Assembly: GCA_035534875.1 (NCBI GenBank)
Contig: DATLRB010000013.1
Coordinates: 5,859 to 69,858 of the forward strand
Direction: 5' to 3'
DNA: 64,000 bases
Origin: Candidatus Saccharimonadales bacterium
Lineage (GTDB): Bacteria > Chloroflexota > Dormibacteria > Aeolococcales > Aeolococcaceae
How positions within the stretch are numbered: position 1 is the first letter of the stretch; each line of letters opens with the position of its first letter. The position numbers and the translations under genes are program-made. The notes under the pieces are model-generated. The model ran no database searches. It saw only the letters and a program-made list of their open reading frames with translations, and had not been told where the DNA came from. Below are positions 8,899 through 19,008 of the stretch, piece after piece.

Positions 8899-9693
8899 CT
8901 ACTTCGCGTCCGCCAGAACGGGGTCGGGCCGCAGGGTCAGCACCTCCGGGCCCGACTCGGTGATAGCGACCGTGTGCTCGAAGTAACAGGAGAGCTTTCC
9001 ATCGGACGTCACCACGGTCCAGTCGTCGTCGAGGACGCGGGTGTCGGGGCGCCCCACGTTGACCATCGGCTCGATCGCGATCACATATCCGGGCTTGAGG
9101 AGGTTACCCGTCCCCGGCCGGCCGTAGTTCGGCACCTGCGGGAGCTCGTGCATCTCCCGGCCGATCCCGTGGCCGACGTACTGACGCACCACCGAATAGC
9201 CATTGGACTCCACGAACGTCTGGACGGCGGCGCCGATGTCACCGATATGGTTGCCAGGCCTGGCTGCGGCGATGCCGAGGTCGAGCGCCTGGCGAGTCGT
9301 GTCGATCAGGCGCCGCACCTCCGCTGACGGCTCGCCGCAGGCGACGGAGAGCCCGCTGTCGGCCCACCAGCCCTCGAGGATGAGCCCGCAATCAAGCGAT
9401 ACGAGATCGCCGTCGTGGATCACCTGCGGTCCGGGGATGCCGTGGACGACCTGGTCGTTGATCGAGACGCAGAGCGAGTTGGGAAATCCGTCATACCCGA
9501 GGAAACCCGGGACGCAGTGATGATCGCGAATGAAGGTCTCGGCCTCGCGGTCGAGATCGAGTGTGGTGATCCCGGCGCGCACGGAACTCGCCAGCTGCGC
9601 CAGGCACGCGCCGAGGATCTTCCCGGACGCCCGCATCTTCTCGATCTCATCCGGTCGCTTGAGGCGGAAGCTGTCGACCGCGTGCGTGCTCAT
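8899..9693 (-). CDS. map: type I methionine aminopeptidase
   Basis: 264 aa. Metal-ligand context FLGYDGFP...VSLDCG...VGHGIG...IEP...FEHTV. Confidence 0.93.
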   Translation of the reverse strand: MSTHAVDSFRLKRPDEIEKMRASGKILGACLAQLASSVRAGITTLDLDREAETFIRDHHCVPGFLGYDGFPNSLCVSINDQVVHGIPGPQVIHDGDLVSLDCGLILEGWWADSGLSVACGEPSAEVRRLIDTTRQALDLGIAAARPGNHIGDIGAAVQTFVESNGYSVVRQYVGHGIGREMHELPQVPNYGRPGTGNLLKPGYVIAIEPMVNVGRPDTRVLDDDWTVVTSDGKLSCYFEHTVAITESGPEVLTLRPDPVLADAK

Positions 9694-10280
9694 GCGCCCC
9701 TCACTTCGACACCGTTTTCCTTGAGCGATTCGATGATTCGATCAGTGATCACGTCGATATCTCCAACCCCGTTGATCGCCTCGATTCGTGTGCCCATCTC
9801 CCGGTAGTGTTCGAGCACCGGCGCGGTGTCCTGGCGGTAGACGATCAGGCGCTGAGTGAGGCCCTCGGCGGTGTCGTCGCTGCGGCCCTCGGTCGTGGCT
9901 CGTTTGAGGATCCGCGATTTGAGTTCTTCGTCGGGGACTTCGAGTGAGATCACGTCATGCACGTTCTCGTGGCGGGCCGCGAGCATGGCGTCCAGGGTGA
10001 TCGCCTGCGGCACCGTGCGTGGGAAGCCGTCGAGGAGCACGCCGCCGGCGGCGTCCGGCTCGTTGAGCCGCCCATTGATCATTCGGACGACGAGTTCGTC
10101 GGGAACGAGCCCACCGGCATCCATGATCGGCTTGGCCTCGCGGCCGAGCGCGGTGTCGCGAGCCACCTCGCTGCGCAGCATGTCACCCGCCGCCACGTGG
10201 GGGACTCCGAGGCGCAGTGCGACGTGGGTTGCCTGGGTGCCCTTGCCGCTGCCGGGCGGTCCGAACATCAGAGCGATCAT
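9690..10280 (-). CDS. adk: adenylate kinase (short-lid type)
   Basis: MIALMFGPPGSGKGTQ P-loop. 196 aa with no Cys4 lid. The ATG at 10280 overlaps the secY stop (ATGA). The upstream part of ORF 9690..10700 is an artefact. Confidence 0.9.
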   Translation of the reverse strand: MIALMFGPPGSGKGTQATHVALRLGVPHVAAGDMLRSEVARDTALGREAKPIMDAGGLVPDELVVRMINGRLNEPDAAGGVLLDGFPRTVPQAITLDAMLAARHENVHDVISLEVPDEELKSRILKRATTEGRSDDTAEGLTQRLIVYRQDTAPVLEHYREMGTRIEAINGVGDIDVITDRIIESLKENGVEVRGA

Positions 10281-11611
10281 TTGATGAATCCCTTGTACTG
10301 GCGCATCAGCAACTGGGTCTCGATCTGCTTCATGGTGTCGAGGGCGACGCCGACCACGATGAGGATGGCAGTGCCGCCGAGGTAGAGGCTGGTCGACGGG
10401 ACACCCGTGAGCACCGCGGTCAGCAGTGGCAACACGACAGTGATCACGGCGAGGAAGAGGGCACCCGCCAGGGTGATCCTGCCCATGACCTTGCCGAGAT
10501 ACTCGGCGGTGCTCCTCCCGGGACGGATGCCGGGAATGAACGTGGACTGCTTCTTGAGGTTGTCCGCGACATCGACCGGGTCGAAGACGATCGCCGTGTA
10601 GAAGTACGTGAACCCCATCACGAGCAGGAAGTAAATGCCGTTGTACAGGATGTTCAGAGGAATGAAGCCGCCCGTCGCCTGCCAGTTGTTGGTGATCCAC
10701 ATGGCAACGCTCTCGGTCCAGCCGGTGCTGCTCTGGAACAGGTTGGCGAAGATGGTCGGGAACGTCATGATCGAGATCGCGAAGATGATCGGTATGACGC
10801 CCGCAGCGTTGACTCGCAGGGGTAAGAAGTTGCGCCGCCCCTGGGCGGCCTGACCGGTTCGCACGTTGAGGACCCGCTGCGCTGACTGCACCGGCACCTT
10901 TCGCTGTGCCTGCTGCACCTCGATGACGCCGGCGGTGACGGCGACGGCGATGAGCGCCATGACGACGATCTGGATGATATGCGCGGTGCCACCGGTACCG
11001 CCGTAGCCGACGATCGCCGCCGGGAGCCTGCCGATGATGCCGACGAAGATGATCAGCGAAACGCCGTTGCCGACGCCGTATTCGGTGATCAACTCACCGA
11101 GCCACATCGCGATGATCGTGCCCGCGGTGAGGGTGAGGATGATGCTGATCTCGGTCGCGCCGGTCGGACTGGCCAGGATTGCGCCGTCCTTCGTGACCGA
11201 CGGGTTGGTGAACAGCGCGAGGTACCCGAAGGCCTGGAGCATCGCCAGCGGGACCGTGAGCCAGCGCGTGTAGCGGGTGATCTTCTTGCGCCCGATCTCC
11301 CCCTCCTTGCTCAGCTCCTTGAGCCGAACGGAGACGACCGTCATGAGCTGCATGATGATCGTGGCGTTGATGTAGGGATTGAGGCCGAGCGCGACCAGGG
11401 TGAAGCGCTGCAGGCCGCCCCCGCTGAAGAGGTTGAGCAGGCCGAGCAGGGTGTTGCCCGAGAAGAGGTCGTTGAGTGCTCGAGGGTTCGTCCCGGGGAT
11501 CGCGATCGCGGCGAGGATGCGGAACGCCGCCAGCAATCCGAGGGTGAAGAGCAACTTGCGCCGCAGCTCCGGGATCCGGATCGCCTGACCGAGCGCCTCG
11601 AGGAGGTTCAC
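10277..11611 (-). CDS. secY: preprotein translocase subunit SecY
   Basis: 444 aa polytopic protein. GLNPYINATIIMQL...GGTAILIVVGVALDT. Confidence 0.95.
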   Translation of the reverse strand: MNLLEALGQAIRIPELRRKLLFTLGLLAAFRILAAIAIPGTNPRALNDLFSGNTLLGLLNLFSGGGLQRFTLVALGLNPYINATIIMQLMTVVSVRLKELSKEGEIGRKKITRYTRWLTVPLAMLQAFGYLALFTNPSVTKDGAILASPTGATEISIILTLTAGTIIAMWLGELITEYGVGNGVSLIIFVGIIGRLPAAIVGYGGTGGTAHIIQIVVMALIAVAVTAGVIEVQQAQRKVPVQSAQRVLNVRTGQAAQGRRNFLPLRVNAAGVIPIIFAISIMTFPTIFANLFQSSTGWTESVAMWITNNWQATGGFIPLNILYNGIYFLLVMGFTYFYTAIVFDPVDVADNLKKQSTFIPGIRPGRSTAEYLGKVMGRITLAGALFLAVITVVLPLLTAVLTGVPSTSLYLGGTAILIVVGVALDTMKQIETQLLMRQYKGFIK

Positions 11612-12351
11612 TCCCTGTCCTCGGTCCCCGCCTCGTCTTCCTGTGGTGCGTCCTGCTCGGTCTGGGGGGCTGCGGGTCCGTCATCGCGAGCCGTCTTTCG
11701 TTTGCCGCCGCGTTCAGCCCGACCCTGTGCCGGTTTGGCCTCCGGGCTTGCGTCAGCGCCCTTGGCACGTTTCCTGCCGTCCGACTTCACGGCCGGCTCG
11801 GAGGGCGTGGCTGGACGGCTCAGCAGCTCGGCGCGCGCGACGGCCGCATCGGCCTTGCGCCGCGCCCGCTTGCCGACCGGCTCCGCTCCCCCGGCCGCGG
11901 GCTGCGGGCCGAGCAACTCGACCGATCCACCTGCGGCCTCGACCGCGGTCCGTGCGGCAGCTGAGATCCTGTGCACGCGCAGGGTCAGCGCGTGGCCGAT
12001 ATGGCCGGCTGCGAGCACTTTGACGGGCGACGACGCGCGCGGGATCAACCCCGCCTCGGTGAGCACGTCGGGATCGACGATCGTGTCCCTGTCGAACCGG
12101 CCGAGCTTGCCGAGATTGACCACGACATATTCATGACGCCAGCGATTGTGGAAGCCACGGAGCTTCGGAAGCCGCTGTTTGAGTGGCATCTGGCCACCTT
12201 CGAAACCGGTGGGGAGCCCGACGCTCGAACGCGATCCCTGGCCCTTCTGGCCTCGACCGCTGGTCTTGCCCTGTCCGGCACCCTGGCCGCGCCCGACCCG
12301 CTTGCGCGGCCGGCGGCTGCCCTTGGCGGGACTCAGTTCATGGAGCTTCAC
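11608..12351 (-). CDS. rplO: 50S ribosomal protein L15 with ~100-aa C-terminal extension
   Basis: The L15 core ([19 protein letters not shown]...[12 protein letters not shown]) ends near residue 148. It is followed by an A/K/R/E/P-rich tail. Confidence 0.9.
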   Translation of the reverse strand: MKLHELSPAKGSRRPRKRVGRGQGAGQGKTSGRGQKGQGSRSSVGLPTGFEGGQMPLKQRLPKLRGFHNRWRHEYVVVNLGKLGRFDRDTIVDPDVLTEAGLIPRASSPVKVLAAGHIGHALTLRVHRISAAARTAVEAAGGSVELLGPQPAAGGAEPVGKRARRKADAAVARAELLSRPATPSEPAVKSDGRKRAKGADASPEAKPAQGRAERGGKRKTARDDGPAAPQTEQDAPQEDEAGTEDRE

Positions 12352-12593
12352 GCGGCCGGCTCCGATTCAGACGCGAGGTCCTGGAGCACCGCGATCCCCG
12401 CCGGGGAGTCGGCGGGCTCGCCGTTGACCGCCACGAGATGGCGGACCTTGTGGACCATGCCCCGAATCGACGGTGTGGCCTCGTGCTCGACCGTGTGGTT
12501 GAGCTTGCGCAGGCCCAGCGCCGCGAGGGTTGCCTTCTGATCCCAGGCATAGCCGATCGCGCTCTTGCGGTAGGTCACGCGCACGGTGCTCAT
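12348..12593 (-). CDS. rpmD: 50S ribosomal protein L30
   Basis: [32 protein letters not shown], with about 20 extra acidic C-terminal residues. Confidence 0.85.
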   Translation of the reverse strand: MSTVRVTYRKSAIGYAWDQKATLAALGLRKLNHTVEHEATPSIRGMVHKVRHLVAVNGEPADSPAGIAVLQDLASESEPAA

Positions 12594-13180
12594 GGCAGCA
12601 CGACCTCGCCGGCCGGGGCCTCGGACACGGCCGGCGTCCGCCCGAGCATCCGGTCTGCCATCTTGCGACTGCCGACGATCTGCTCGGGCGTCCGGCCGCG
12701 CAGCTCGGCGACCGCGGCCAGAGTTCGCAGGCTCGCGAGCGCCGAGACCGTGGCGCGCACGACGTTGATCGGATTGTCGGTCCCGAGGCTCTTGGTCAGG
12801 ATGTCCTTGATGCCGGCTGCCTCGACGACGGCGCGCATCGAGCTGCCGCTGATGACCCCGGTACCCGGCACGCCCGGCTTGAGCATCACCTTGGCGGCAC
12901 CGAGCTTGTAGCGCACCTCATGCGGGATGGTCGTGCCGACCATAGGGACGGTGATCATGTGTTTCTTCGCGTCGTCGACGCCCTTGCGGATCGCATCCGG
13001 CACCTCGCCGGCCTTGCCGAGGCCGGCGCCGACGCGGCCCTTGCCGTCACCGACGACCACCAGCGCGCTGAACGAAAAACGGCGTCCGCCCTTGACCACT
13101 TTCGCGACGCGGTTGAGCGAGACGATCTTCTCCTGGAACTCGCTGCCGCGATCGTCGCGGCGGTCCATACGCATACCCAT
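12590..13180 (-). CDS. rpsE: 30S ribosomal protein S5
   Basis: [45 protein letters not shown]. Confidence 0.93.
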   Translation of the reverse strand: MGMRMDRRDDRGSEFQEKIVSLNRVAKVVKGGRRFSFSALVVVGDGKGRVGAGLGKAGEVPDAIRKGVDDAKKHMITVPMVGTTIPHEVRYKLGAAKVMLKPGVPGTGVISGSSMRAVVEAAGIKDILTKSLGTDNPINVVRATVSALASLRTLAAVAELRGRTPEQIVGSRKMADRMLGRTPAVSEAPAGEVVLP

Positions 13181-13555
13181 CTAGAACTTCAACCCGCCCT
13201 CGCGGGCCGCCTCGGCGAGTGCTTTCACCCGCCCGTGGAAGAGATATCCCGCACGGTCGAACACCACGGTGTCCACGCCGGCCGCTCTCGCCCGCTCTGA
13301 GATCGTCTTCCCGATCGCGGTCGCTCCCGCGGCCGTGCAGGCGTTGGCGTCACCGATGACCGCGCGCAGCGCGGGCTCGGTAGTCGACGCGGCGACCAGG
13401 GTCCGGCCCGTGGAATCGTCGACGAGCTGCGCACCGATGTGCCGGAGGCTGCGGAAGACCGCGAGCCGTGGACGCGCCGCCGTTCCGGACACGTGCTTGC
13501 GCACCCGGCGGTGGCGCCGTGCGCGGGCGGCGCGTCGATCGTGCTTCGTGAACAT
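13181..13555 (-). CDS. rplR: 50S ribosomal protein L18
   Basis: [20 protein letters not shown]...[26 protein letters not shown]. Confidence 0.93.
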   Translation of the reverse strand: MFTKHDRRAARARRHRRVRKHVSGTAARPRLAVFRSLRHIGAQLVDDSTGRTLVAASTTEPALRAVIGDANACTAAGATAIGKTISERARAAGVDTVVFDRAGYLFHGRVKALAEAAREGGLKF

Positions 13556-13590
13556 GCTGATCAGCCTTCTACTTTCTTACTTCGGTCTGG

Positions 13591-14145
13591 TTACTTGGTC
13601 TTGCCGGCCTTTCCGGACTTGCCGGCCTTGCGGCGGAGCTTCTCACCCCGATACAGGATGCCCTTCCCCTTGTACGGCTCGGGCTTCCTGAAGGATCGAA
13701 TCTTCGCCGCCACCTGTCCGACCACCTCTTTGTCCGATCCACTGATCGAGATCTGCGTCGGCACGGGAACCTCGATGCTGATCCCCTCGGGCGGCGTGTA
13801 CCGGATCGGATGGGAGTAGCCGAGGCTCAGGATGAGGTCGCCGCCCTGGCGGACGGCGCGGAAGCCGACGCCGACCAGGTCGAGGTCGCGGGTGAAGCCG
13901 CCGCTGACGCCCTGCACCATGTTGGCAACCAGCGTTCGGGTCAGACCGTGCAGGGAGCGATGAATGCGCGCGTTGGAGGGGCGGTCGACCGTGATCGTCC
14001 CGGTCTCGACGTTGATGAGCATCGATGGCGCAAAGGTGCGCTGCAACGTGCCTCGAGAGCCGGTGACGCTGAGTCGGTTGCCGGTCTCGAGGGCGACCTG
14101 AACTCCGTCGGGGACGGGGATCGGAAGCTTGCCAATGCGCGACAT
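13591..14145 (-). CDS. rplF: 50S ribosomal protein L6
   Basis: MSRIGKLPIPVPDGV...GVGFRA...PEPYKGKGI. Confidence 0.95.
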   Translation of the reverse strand: MSRIGKLPIPVPDGVQVALETGNRLSVTGSRGTLQRTFAPSMLINVETGTITVDRPSNARIHRSLHGLTRTLVANMVQGVSGGFTRDLDLVGVGFRAVRQGGDLILSLGYSHPIRYTPPEGISIEVPVPTQISISGSDKEVVGQVAAKIRSFRKPEPYKGKGILYRGEKLRRKAGKSGKAGKTK

Positions 14146-14155
14146 CAGGGCCGAC

Positions 14156-14551
14156 CTACCACACGAATGCGACGACTTCGCCGCCCAATCCGGCGCGCTG
14201 CGCCGCGCGACCGGTCATCAGACCGCGCGACGTCGAGATGATCGCAACACCCAGACCACCGAGAACCCGTGGGATCTCCGACTTCCGCGCATAGACGCGC
14301 AGACCGGGGCGACTGATCCGGCGCAGGCCGGACAGCGCGCGTCCGCGGGGGCTTCCCGGCTTGAGCGTGACCGTGAGCAGTTGCATCGGCGCTTCGCCCG
14401 TGACCTCGTACCCGTCGACGAAGCCCTCCTCGGTGAGCACGCGCGCGATCTCGACCTTCATCTTGGACACCGGGATCTCCACGGTGCGGTGATGGGCCTG
14501 GTTGGCGTTGCGGATGCGGGTCAGCATGTCCGCGATGCTGTCACTGGTCAT
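14156..14551 (-). CDS. rpsH: 30S ribosomal protein S8
   Basis: [13 protein letters not shown]...[16 protein letters not shown]...GGEVVAFVW. Confidence 0.95.
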   Translation of the reverse strand: MTSDSIADMLTRIRNANQAHHRTVEIPVSKMKVEIARVLTEEGFVDGYEVTGEAPMQLLTVTLKPGSPRGRALSGLRRISRPGLRVYARKSEIPRVLGGLGVAIISTSRGLMTGRAAQRAGLGGEVVAFVW

Positions 14552-14554
14552 GGA

Positions 14555-14740
14555 TCACCACGAACTCTTCTGGACGCCAGGTATCTGTCCGATGCTGGCG
14601 AGTTGGCGGAAACAGATCCGGCACATGCCGAATTTGCGCATGTAGGCACGCGGGCGACCGCACACCCCGCAGCGGTGGTGCGCCTGCGTCGAATACCGGG
14701 CGGGCCGGTTCGCCTTGGCGATCAGCGACTTCTTTGCCAT
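14555..14740 (-). CDS. rpsN: 30S ribosomal protein S14 type Z (zinc-binding)
   Basis: 61 aa. The Cys pairs CGVCGRP...CRIC are typical of short C+ S14. Confidence 0.93.
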   Translation of the reverse strand: MAKKSLIAKANRPARYSTQAHHRCGVCGRPRAYMRKFGMCRICFRQLASIGQIPGVQKSSW

Positions 14741-14743
14741 CGG

Positions 14744-15307
14744 TCAGTTCTTCCTGAAGGGCATCCCGAGCCCGGTGAGAAGTGAGCGGCCCTCCGCGTC
14801 CGTACGGGCGGTGGTCACGATGCATACCTCCAGCCCGCGAAGCTTGTCGATCTTGTCGTAGTCGATCTCCGGAAACACGAGCTGCTCGCGCAACCCGAGG
14901 GTGTAGTTGCCATGGCCATCGAACGCCTTCGGATCGACGCCGCGGAAGTCCCGGATGCGTGGCAGCGCGACGTTCAGCAACTTGTCGAGGAAGTCGAACA
15001 TCCGGCGCCCTCGCAGCGTCACTTTGACACCGATGGGCATGCCTTCGCGCAGCTTGAAGGCGGCGACGGACTTTCTTGCCCGGATCACGATCGGCGCCTG
15101 CCCGGTGATCAATTTCAGATCGGCGATGGCGGCGTCGATGGCTCGTGGATTGGTGATCGCCTCGCCCAGGCCGATGTTGATGACCACCTTCTCGATGGAC
15201 GGCACCTGCATGGCGTTGAGATAGCGGAATTCCGCCACCAGCGACGGCACGATCTCGTCGACGTACCGGCGGCGAAGACGCGGCAACTCGGCTGTCTGGA
15301 CGGCCAT
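14744..15307 (-). CDS. rplE: 50S ribosomal protein L5
   Basis: [21 protein letters not shown]...[10 protein letters not shown]. The ATG at 15307 shares one base with the rplX stop (TGATG). The upstream part of ORF 14744..15409 was rejected. Confidence 0.93.
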   Translation of the reverse strand: MAVQTAELPRLRRRYVDEIVPSLVAEFRYLNAMQVPSIEKVVINIGLGEAITNPRAIDAAIADLKLITGQAPIVIRARKSVAAFKLREGMPIGVKVTLRGRRMFDFLDKLLNVALPRIRDFRGVDPKAFDGHGNYTLGLREQLVFPEIDYDKIDKLRGLEVCIVTTARTDAEGRSLLTGLGMPFRKN

Positions 15308-15708
15308 CAGACCTGGGCCCTGTCGAACGTCTCGCCGCACTTCTTGCACACGATCACGCGCCGTCCCAACTCGTTCACGCCGTGCGAGATCCGAGTCTTC
15401 TTCTCGCATCGATTGCAGACGAGCATGACGTTGCTGTATGCCACCGGCCCGTCGAAATCGACGATGCCGCCCTGGATATTGCCTTTGACGCCGGATTTGG
15501 TATGGCGCTTGAGAAGGTTCACGCCACGAACCGCGACCCGTTGCTGCTCGGGAAGGATCCGCTCGACGACACCACGCTTGCCCTTGTCCTTGCCGCTGAT
15601 GACCTCGACGTTGTCGCCTTTGCGGATGTCGAGCGGGCGCAGATGTCCCTGGGCCCAGCCCTCGTGGATCAGCATGGCGCGGTGTCGGCGCTCGACTTTC
15701 GTCGCCAC
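15307..15708 (-). CDS. rplX: 50S ribosomal protein L24 with N-terminal extension and C-terminal Cys4 ribbon
   Basis: KOW motif [22 protein letters not shown]-terminal CNRC...CKKC. The start at 15708 lies 2 nt after the rplN stop. Confidence 0.88.
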   Translation of the reverse strand: MATKVERRHRAMLIHEGWAQGHLRPLDIRKGDNVEVISGKDKGKRGVVERILPEQQRVAVRGVNLLKRHTKSGVKGNIQGGIVDFDGPVAYSNVMLVCNRCEKKTRISHGVNELGRRVIVCKKCGETFDRAQV

Positions 15709-15709
15709 C

Positions 15710-16078
15710 TCAGATCACCTCCGGGGCGAGGCTGACGATCTTCATGAAATTCCGCTCGCGCAGCTCGCGAGCCACCGGACCGAAGATGCGCGAGCCGCGC
15801 GGATTGTTCTGTGGCGTGATCAGCACGGCAGCGTTCTCATCGAAACGGATGTTGCTCCCGTCGGGGCGCTTGTACTCCTTGGTCGTGCGCACTACGACCG
15901 CCCGAACCACGTCGCCCTTCTTCACCTGGGCGTTCGGCTGCGCCACCTTGACGGTGCCGATGATGACATCGCCCACCGAGGCGTACTTGCGATAGCTGCC
16001 CCCGAGCACGCGGATGCAGAGCAGCTCGCGCGCGCCGCTGTTGTCCGCCACTTTGAGCACCGATTCCTGCTGGATCAT
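15710..16078 (-). CDS. rplN: 50S ribosomal protein L14
   Basis: [27 protein letters not shown]... Confidence 0.96.
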   Translation of the reverse strand: MIQQESVLKVADNSGARELLCIRVLGGSYRKYASVGDVIIGTVKVAQPNAQVKKGDVVRAVVVRTTKEYKRPDGSNIRFDENAAVLITPQNNPRGSRIFGPVARELRERNFMKIVSLAPEVI

Positions 16079-16079
16079 G

Positions 16080-16358
16080 TCAGCGAGCCTTCTCCAGAAC
16101 TTCGGCCACGCGCCAGCGGGTTTCCTTGGAGATCGGGCGGGTCTCGATGATGCGCACGCGATCGCCGACGCCGCAGGCGTTCTCCTCGTCGTGGACCTTG
16201 AAGCGCCGGGTGTGCCGGACGACCTTCTTATAGAGCGGGTGCGGCTTGAGAACCTGCACCAGCACGATCACGGTCTTCTCCATCTTGTCGCTCACGACAA
16301 CGCCGTCGCGCACCTTGCGGCGCGGGCGCGTCGCCTGGGCTGCGTCACTCATCGACAT
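16080..16358 (-). CDS. rpsQ: 30S ribosomal protein S17
   Basis: [21 protein letters not shown]...[23 protein letters not shown]. The start is the ATG at 16358 or 16352, inside the 3' end of rpmC. Confidence 0.9.
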   Translation of the reverse strand: MSMSDAAQATRPRRKVRDGVVVSDKMEKTVIVLVQVLKPHPLYKKVVRHTRRFKVHDEENACGVGDRVRIIETRPISKETRWRVAEVLEKAR

Positions 16359-16752
16359 CCTCCTGGGCGTCGACGGGTTCCGCGATGTGCTCCGCGGGCT
16401 CCGAGGACTCGGCAACGGGAACTGCGGCGGGAACGACGGCCGGAACCTCGAGGCGGGCGTCGGGCTTGGCCGCGCGCGGCGCACGGACGGGCTTCGGCTT
16501 CGCCGCGACCGGGCGGGCGGCGGCCCGCTCCACCAGCCCAGGACGCAGGCCGCGCTCGATCTCGATCTTCACGGTCATCGCGCGGGCGATCTCGTGCCTG
16601 ATCTCGCGGACCTGGCGGTGGTTCTCCACCTGGCCGGTCGCCTGCTGAAAGCGAACCTCGAACAGCCGCCGGCGCTGCTTGCTCAGATGATCGTCGAGCT
16701 CCACAACGGTCATCCTGCGCAGATCGTTGAGCGCATCAGTCTGCTTGGTCAC
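16345..16752 (-). CDS. rpmC: 50S ribosomal protein L29 with ~65-aa C-terminal extension
   Basis: L29 core [51 protein letters not shown], followed by an A/P/K then acidic tail. Confidence 0.85.
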   Translation of the reverse strand: MTKQTDALNDLRRMTVVELDDHLSKQRRRLFEVRFQQATGQVENHRQVREIRHEIARAMTVKIEIERGLRPGLVERAAARPVAAKPKPVRAPRAAKPDARLEVPAVVPAAVPVAESSEPAEHIAEPVDAQEDVDE

Positions 16753-17189
16753 GGTGTCGCCGCCTCGAGGTCCGACCCGGTCTCCTCGCGGATGAGGAAG
16801 CGCGTCTTGATGGGCAGCTTGAACGCGGCGAGACGCATCGCCTCCTGGGCGGTCTCACGGGTGACGCCCGCCATCTCGAAGAGCACGCGGCCGGGAAGCA
16901 CCACGGCGACCCAGCCCTCGGGCTGACCCTTGCCGCTTCCCATGCGTGTCTCCGCCGGTTTTTTCGTGAAGGCGTGGTCGGGGAAGATGCGAATCCAGAT
17001 CTTGCCACCACGCTTGACGTGACGGGTCATGGCTCGGCGGGCCGCCTCGATCTGCCGGTTGGTCATCCAGCACTGCTCGGTCGCCTGGAGCCCGTAGGTC
17101 CCGAAGTCGAGTTTGTTGCCGCGCTGCGCGGCACCGGTCCTCCGCCCACGGTGGAGCTTGCGATGTTTGGTTCGCTTCGGCATCAGCAT
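16749..17189 (-). CDS. rplP: 50S ribosomal protein L16
   Basis: [19 protein letters not shown]...[16 protein letters not shown]. Confidence 0.95.
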   Translation of the reverse strand: MLMPKRTKHRKLHRGRRTGAAQRGNKLDFGTYGLQATEQCWMTNRQIEAARRAMTRHVKRGGKIWIRIFPDHAFTKKPAETRMGSGKGQPEGWVAVVLPGRVLFEMAGVTRETAQEAMRLAAFKLPIKTRFLIREETGSDLEAATP

Positions 17190-17191
17190 CG

Positions 17192-18205
17192 CTACTCCTC
17201 CTCTTCTTCGACGCTCTCGGCCGGCGCGTCGACCTTCTTGACCGGCTTCTTGGGTGCGCGAGAGACCGAGGCGGGCTTCTTCGCGACCACCGGCTTGCGC
17301 CGCGCCGGTGCCCGCTTGGGAGTGAGCTTCTCGACCTTCTCGCCGCCGGCGGCGGGATCCACCCCGGCGGCCGCGATGACCTCCTCGTCCTCGTCGATCT
17401 CGACAACGTCCTCCGCCGGGACCTCCTCCGCTTCGACATCGGGAATCTCAGTCGTCTCGGTGACGACCGCCACCTCTTCGGCGGGAGCCTCGGCAATGCG
17501 CGCTGCGGGCACGGGGACACGATCCTCGAGGCCACGGTCCTCCGCACGATCCTTGCCGGGCGCGATCGGCTCGCCGGTAGCGGTCACGAAGTCGCCGAGG
17601 TAGAGCCAGCACTGCACGCCGATGCGCCCGAACGTCGTGCGTGCCTCGGCCTTGCCGTAGTCGATGTTCGCGCGCAGCGTGTGCAGGGGCACGCGCCCGT
17701 CACGGTCCCACTCGCGGCGCGACATCTCGGACCCACCGAGCCTGCCGCTCACCTGGATCTTCACGCCCTTTGCACCCGCCCGCATGCTGCGCATGAGGGT
17801 CTGCTTGAGCGCACGCCGGAAAGCGATGCGCTTCTCCAGCTGCGAGGCGACGTTCTCGGCGACCAGCGTCGCGTCGAGCTCGGGCGTCTTGATCTCGTGG
17901 ATGGTGACGCGCACCTTCTTGCCCGAGATCCGCTCGAGTTCGTCGCGGAGAGCGTCGACCGACGCACCCTGCTTGCCGATCACGATGCCGGGCTTCGCTG
18001 TCTGGATGATCACCGTGAGCTGGTTGGCGCTGCGCTCGGTCTCGATTCGCGCGAGGCCCGCATTGCGCAGGCGGCTGCCGATGAGGCGCCGCATCGCGAT
18101 GTCCTCATGGAGGAGCTTCGTGTACTCCTTGTCGGCGTACCAGCGCGCGTCCCAGTTGCGGTAGACGCCGAGCCGGAACCCGATCGGATTGACTTTCTGA
18201 CCCAT
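17192..18205 (-). CDS. rpsC: 30S ribosomal protein S3 with ~130-aa C-terminal extension
   Basis: [24 protein letters not shown]... KH domain. The core ends near residue 205, followed by an acidic then lysine-rich tail. Confidence 0.93.
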   Translation of the reverse strand: MGQKVNPIGFRLGVYRNWDARWYADKEYTKLLHEDIAMRRLIGSRLRNAGLARIETERSANQLTVIIQTAKPGIVIGKQGASVDALRDELERISGKKVRVTIHEIKTPELDATLVAENVASQLEKRIAFRRALKQTLMRSMRAGAKGVKIQVSGRLGGSEMSRREWDRDGRVPLHTLRANIDYGKAEARTTFGRIGVQCWLYLGDFVTATGEPIAPGKDRAEDRGLEDRVPVPAARIAEAPAEEVAVVTETTEIPDVEAEEVPAEDVVEIDEDEEVIAAAGVDPAAGGEKVEKLTPKRAPARRKPVVAKKPASVSRAPKKPVKKVDAPAESVEEEEE

Positions 18206-18715
18206 CTACTCAGCCTCTTCCGTAGTCTGCTTGGGCGCGCGCCGGCGTGCCGGGCGTGGCCGGGCTGCGGGTGCGTCGGCACTCGCGGCCGGTGTCGCCG
18301 CGGTGGCCGGTGGGACCACCGGAGCTGGGACCACCGTGCGGGGCATCTTCACGGCTTTGCGCTGGCGCAGGTGCGCGGGCGCCTCGTCGTCGGTCACGAA
18401 GGCACGAAGGTGGCTCGTCCGCTTGAAGATGCTGCCCGCCATGCCGCGCGGCTTGGCACGCCATCGTTTGATGATCATGGCGCCGTCAACCTCGACACGC
18501 GCAACCCGCAGCGACGACACGTCGAGGTTGTAGTTGTGCTCGGCGTTCGCCGCGGCTGACTTGATCACCTTGGCGATGTCGACCGCGGCTGAGCGCGGCG
18601 AGTAGCGAAGGACCACGAGCGCCTCGGCGACCGGCAGCCCTGTGACCATCGCCGAGACGAGGCGGGCCTTGCGGGCGGTGGTGCGAACCCATTTCGCGGT
18701 TGCGACAACTTCCAT
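18206..18715 (-). CDS. rplV: 50S ribosomal protein L22 with C-terminal extension
   Basis: ARKARLVSAMVTGLPVAEALVVLRYSPRSAA...IKRWRAKPRGMAGSIFKRTSHL, followed by a 60-aa P/A/R tail. Confidence 0.9.
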   Translation of the reverse strand: MEVVATAKWVRTTARKARLVSAMVTGLPVAEALVVLRYSPRSAAVDIAKVIKSAAANAEHNYNLDVSSLRVARVEVDGAMIIKRWRAKPRGMAGSIFKRTSHLRAFVTDDEAPAHLRQRKAVKMPRTVVPAPVVPPATAATPAASADAPAARPRPARRRAPKQTTEEAE

Positions 18716-18721
18716 ATCGCT

Positions 18722-19006
18722 CTACTTCAACGCCGTGCTGCGTTCGGTGTGGTGTCCGTGCCCACGGTACCGGCGCGTGTGCGCGAACTCACCGAGCTTG
18801 TGGCCGACCATCGTCTCGGTGATGAGCACCGGGACGTGCTTGCGTCCATCGTGCACCGCGATCGTGTGACCGACCATCTCCGGGAAGATGTCGCTGCGGC
18901 GCGACCAGGTCTTGATGATCCGCTTCTCGCGCGACATGTTGAGCTGCTGCACCTTCTTGAGAAGGTGGTCATCGCAGAACGGTCCTTTCTTGAGCGAGCG
19001 ACCCAT
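18722..19006 (-). CDS. rpsS: 30S ribosomal protein S19
   Basis: [19 protein letters not shown]...[27 protein letters not shown]. The ATG at 19006 follows the rplB stop. The longer ORF extending to 19198 was rejected. Confidence 0.93.
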   Translation of the reverse strand: MGRSLKKGPFCDDHLLKKVQQLNMSREKRIIKTWSRRSDIFPEMVGHTIAVHDGRKHVPVLITETMVGHKLGEFAHTRRYRGHGHHTERSTALK

Positions 19007-19008
19007 GG

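Noticed and set aside
8705-8899. 64-aa minus-strand ORF in the map-rpmJ gap, considered as a possible infA
   Set aside because: The sequence ([32 protein letters not shown]...) has no resemblance to IF-1. It also overlaps the rpmJ start and the promoter-like element.
10281-10700. N-terminal 140 codons of ORF 9690..10700, which would extend adk
   Set aside because: It overlaps secY in another frame. Adenylate kinase begins cleanly at MIALMFGPPGSGKG, with an ATGA overlap to the secY stop.
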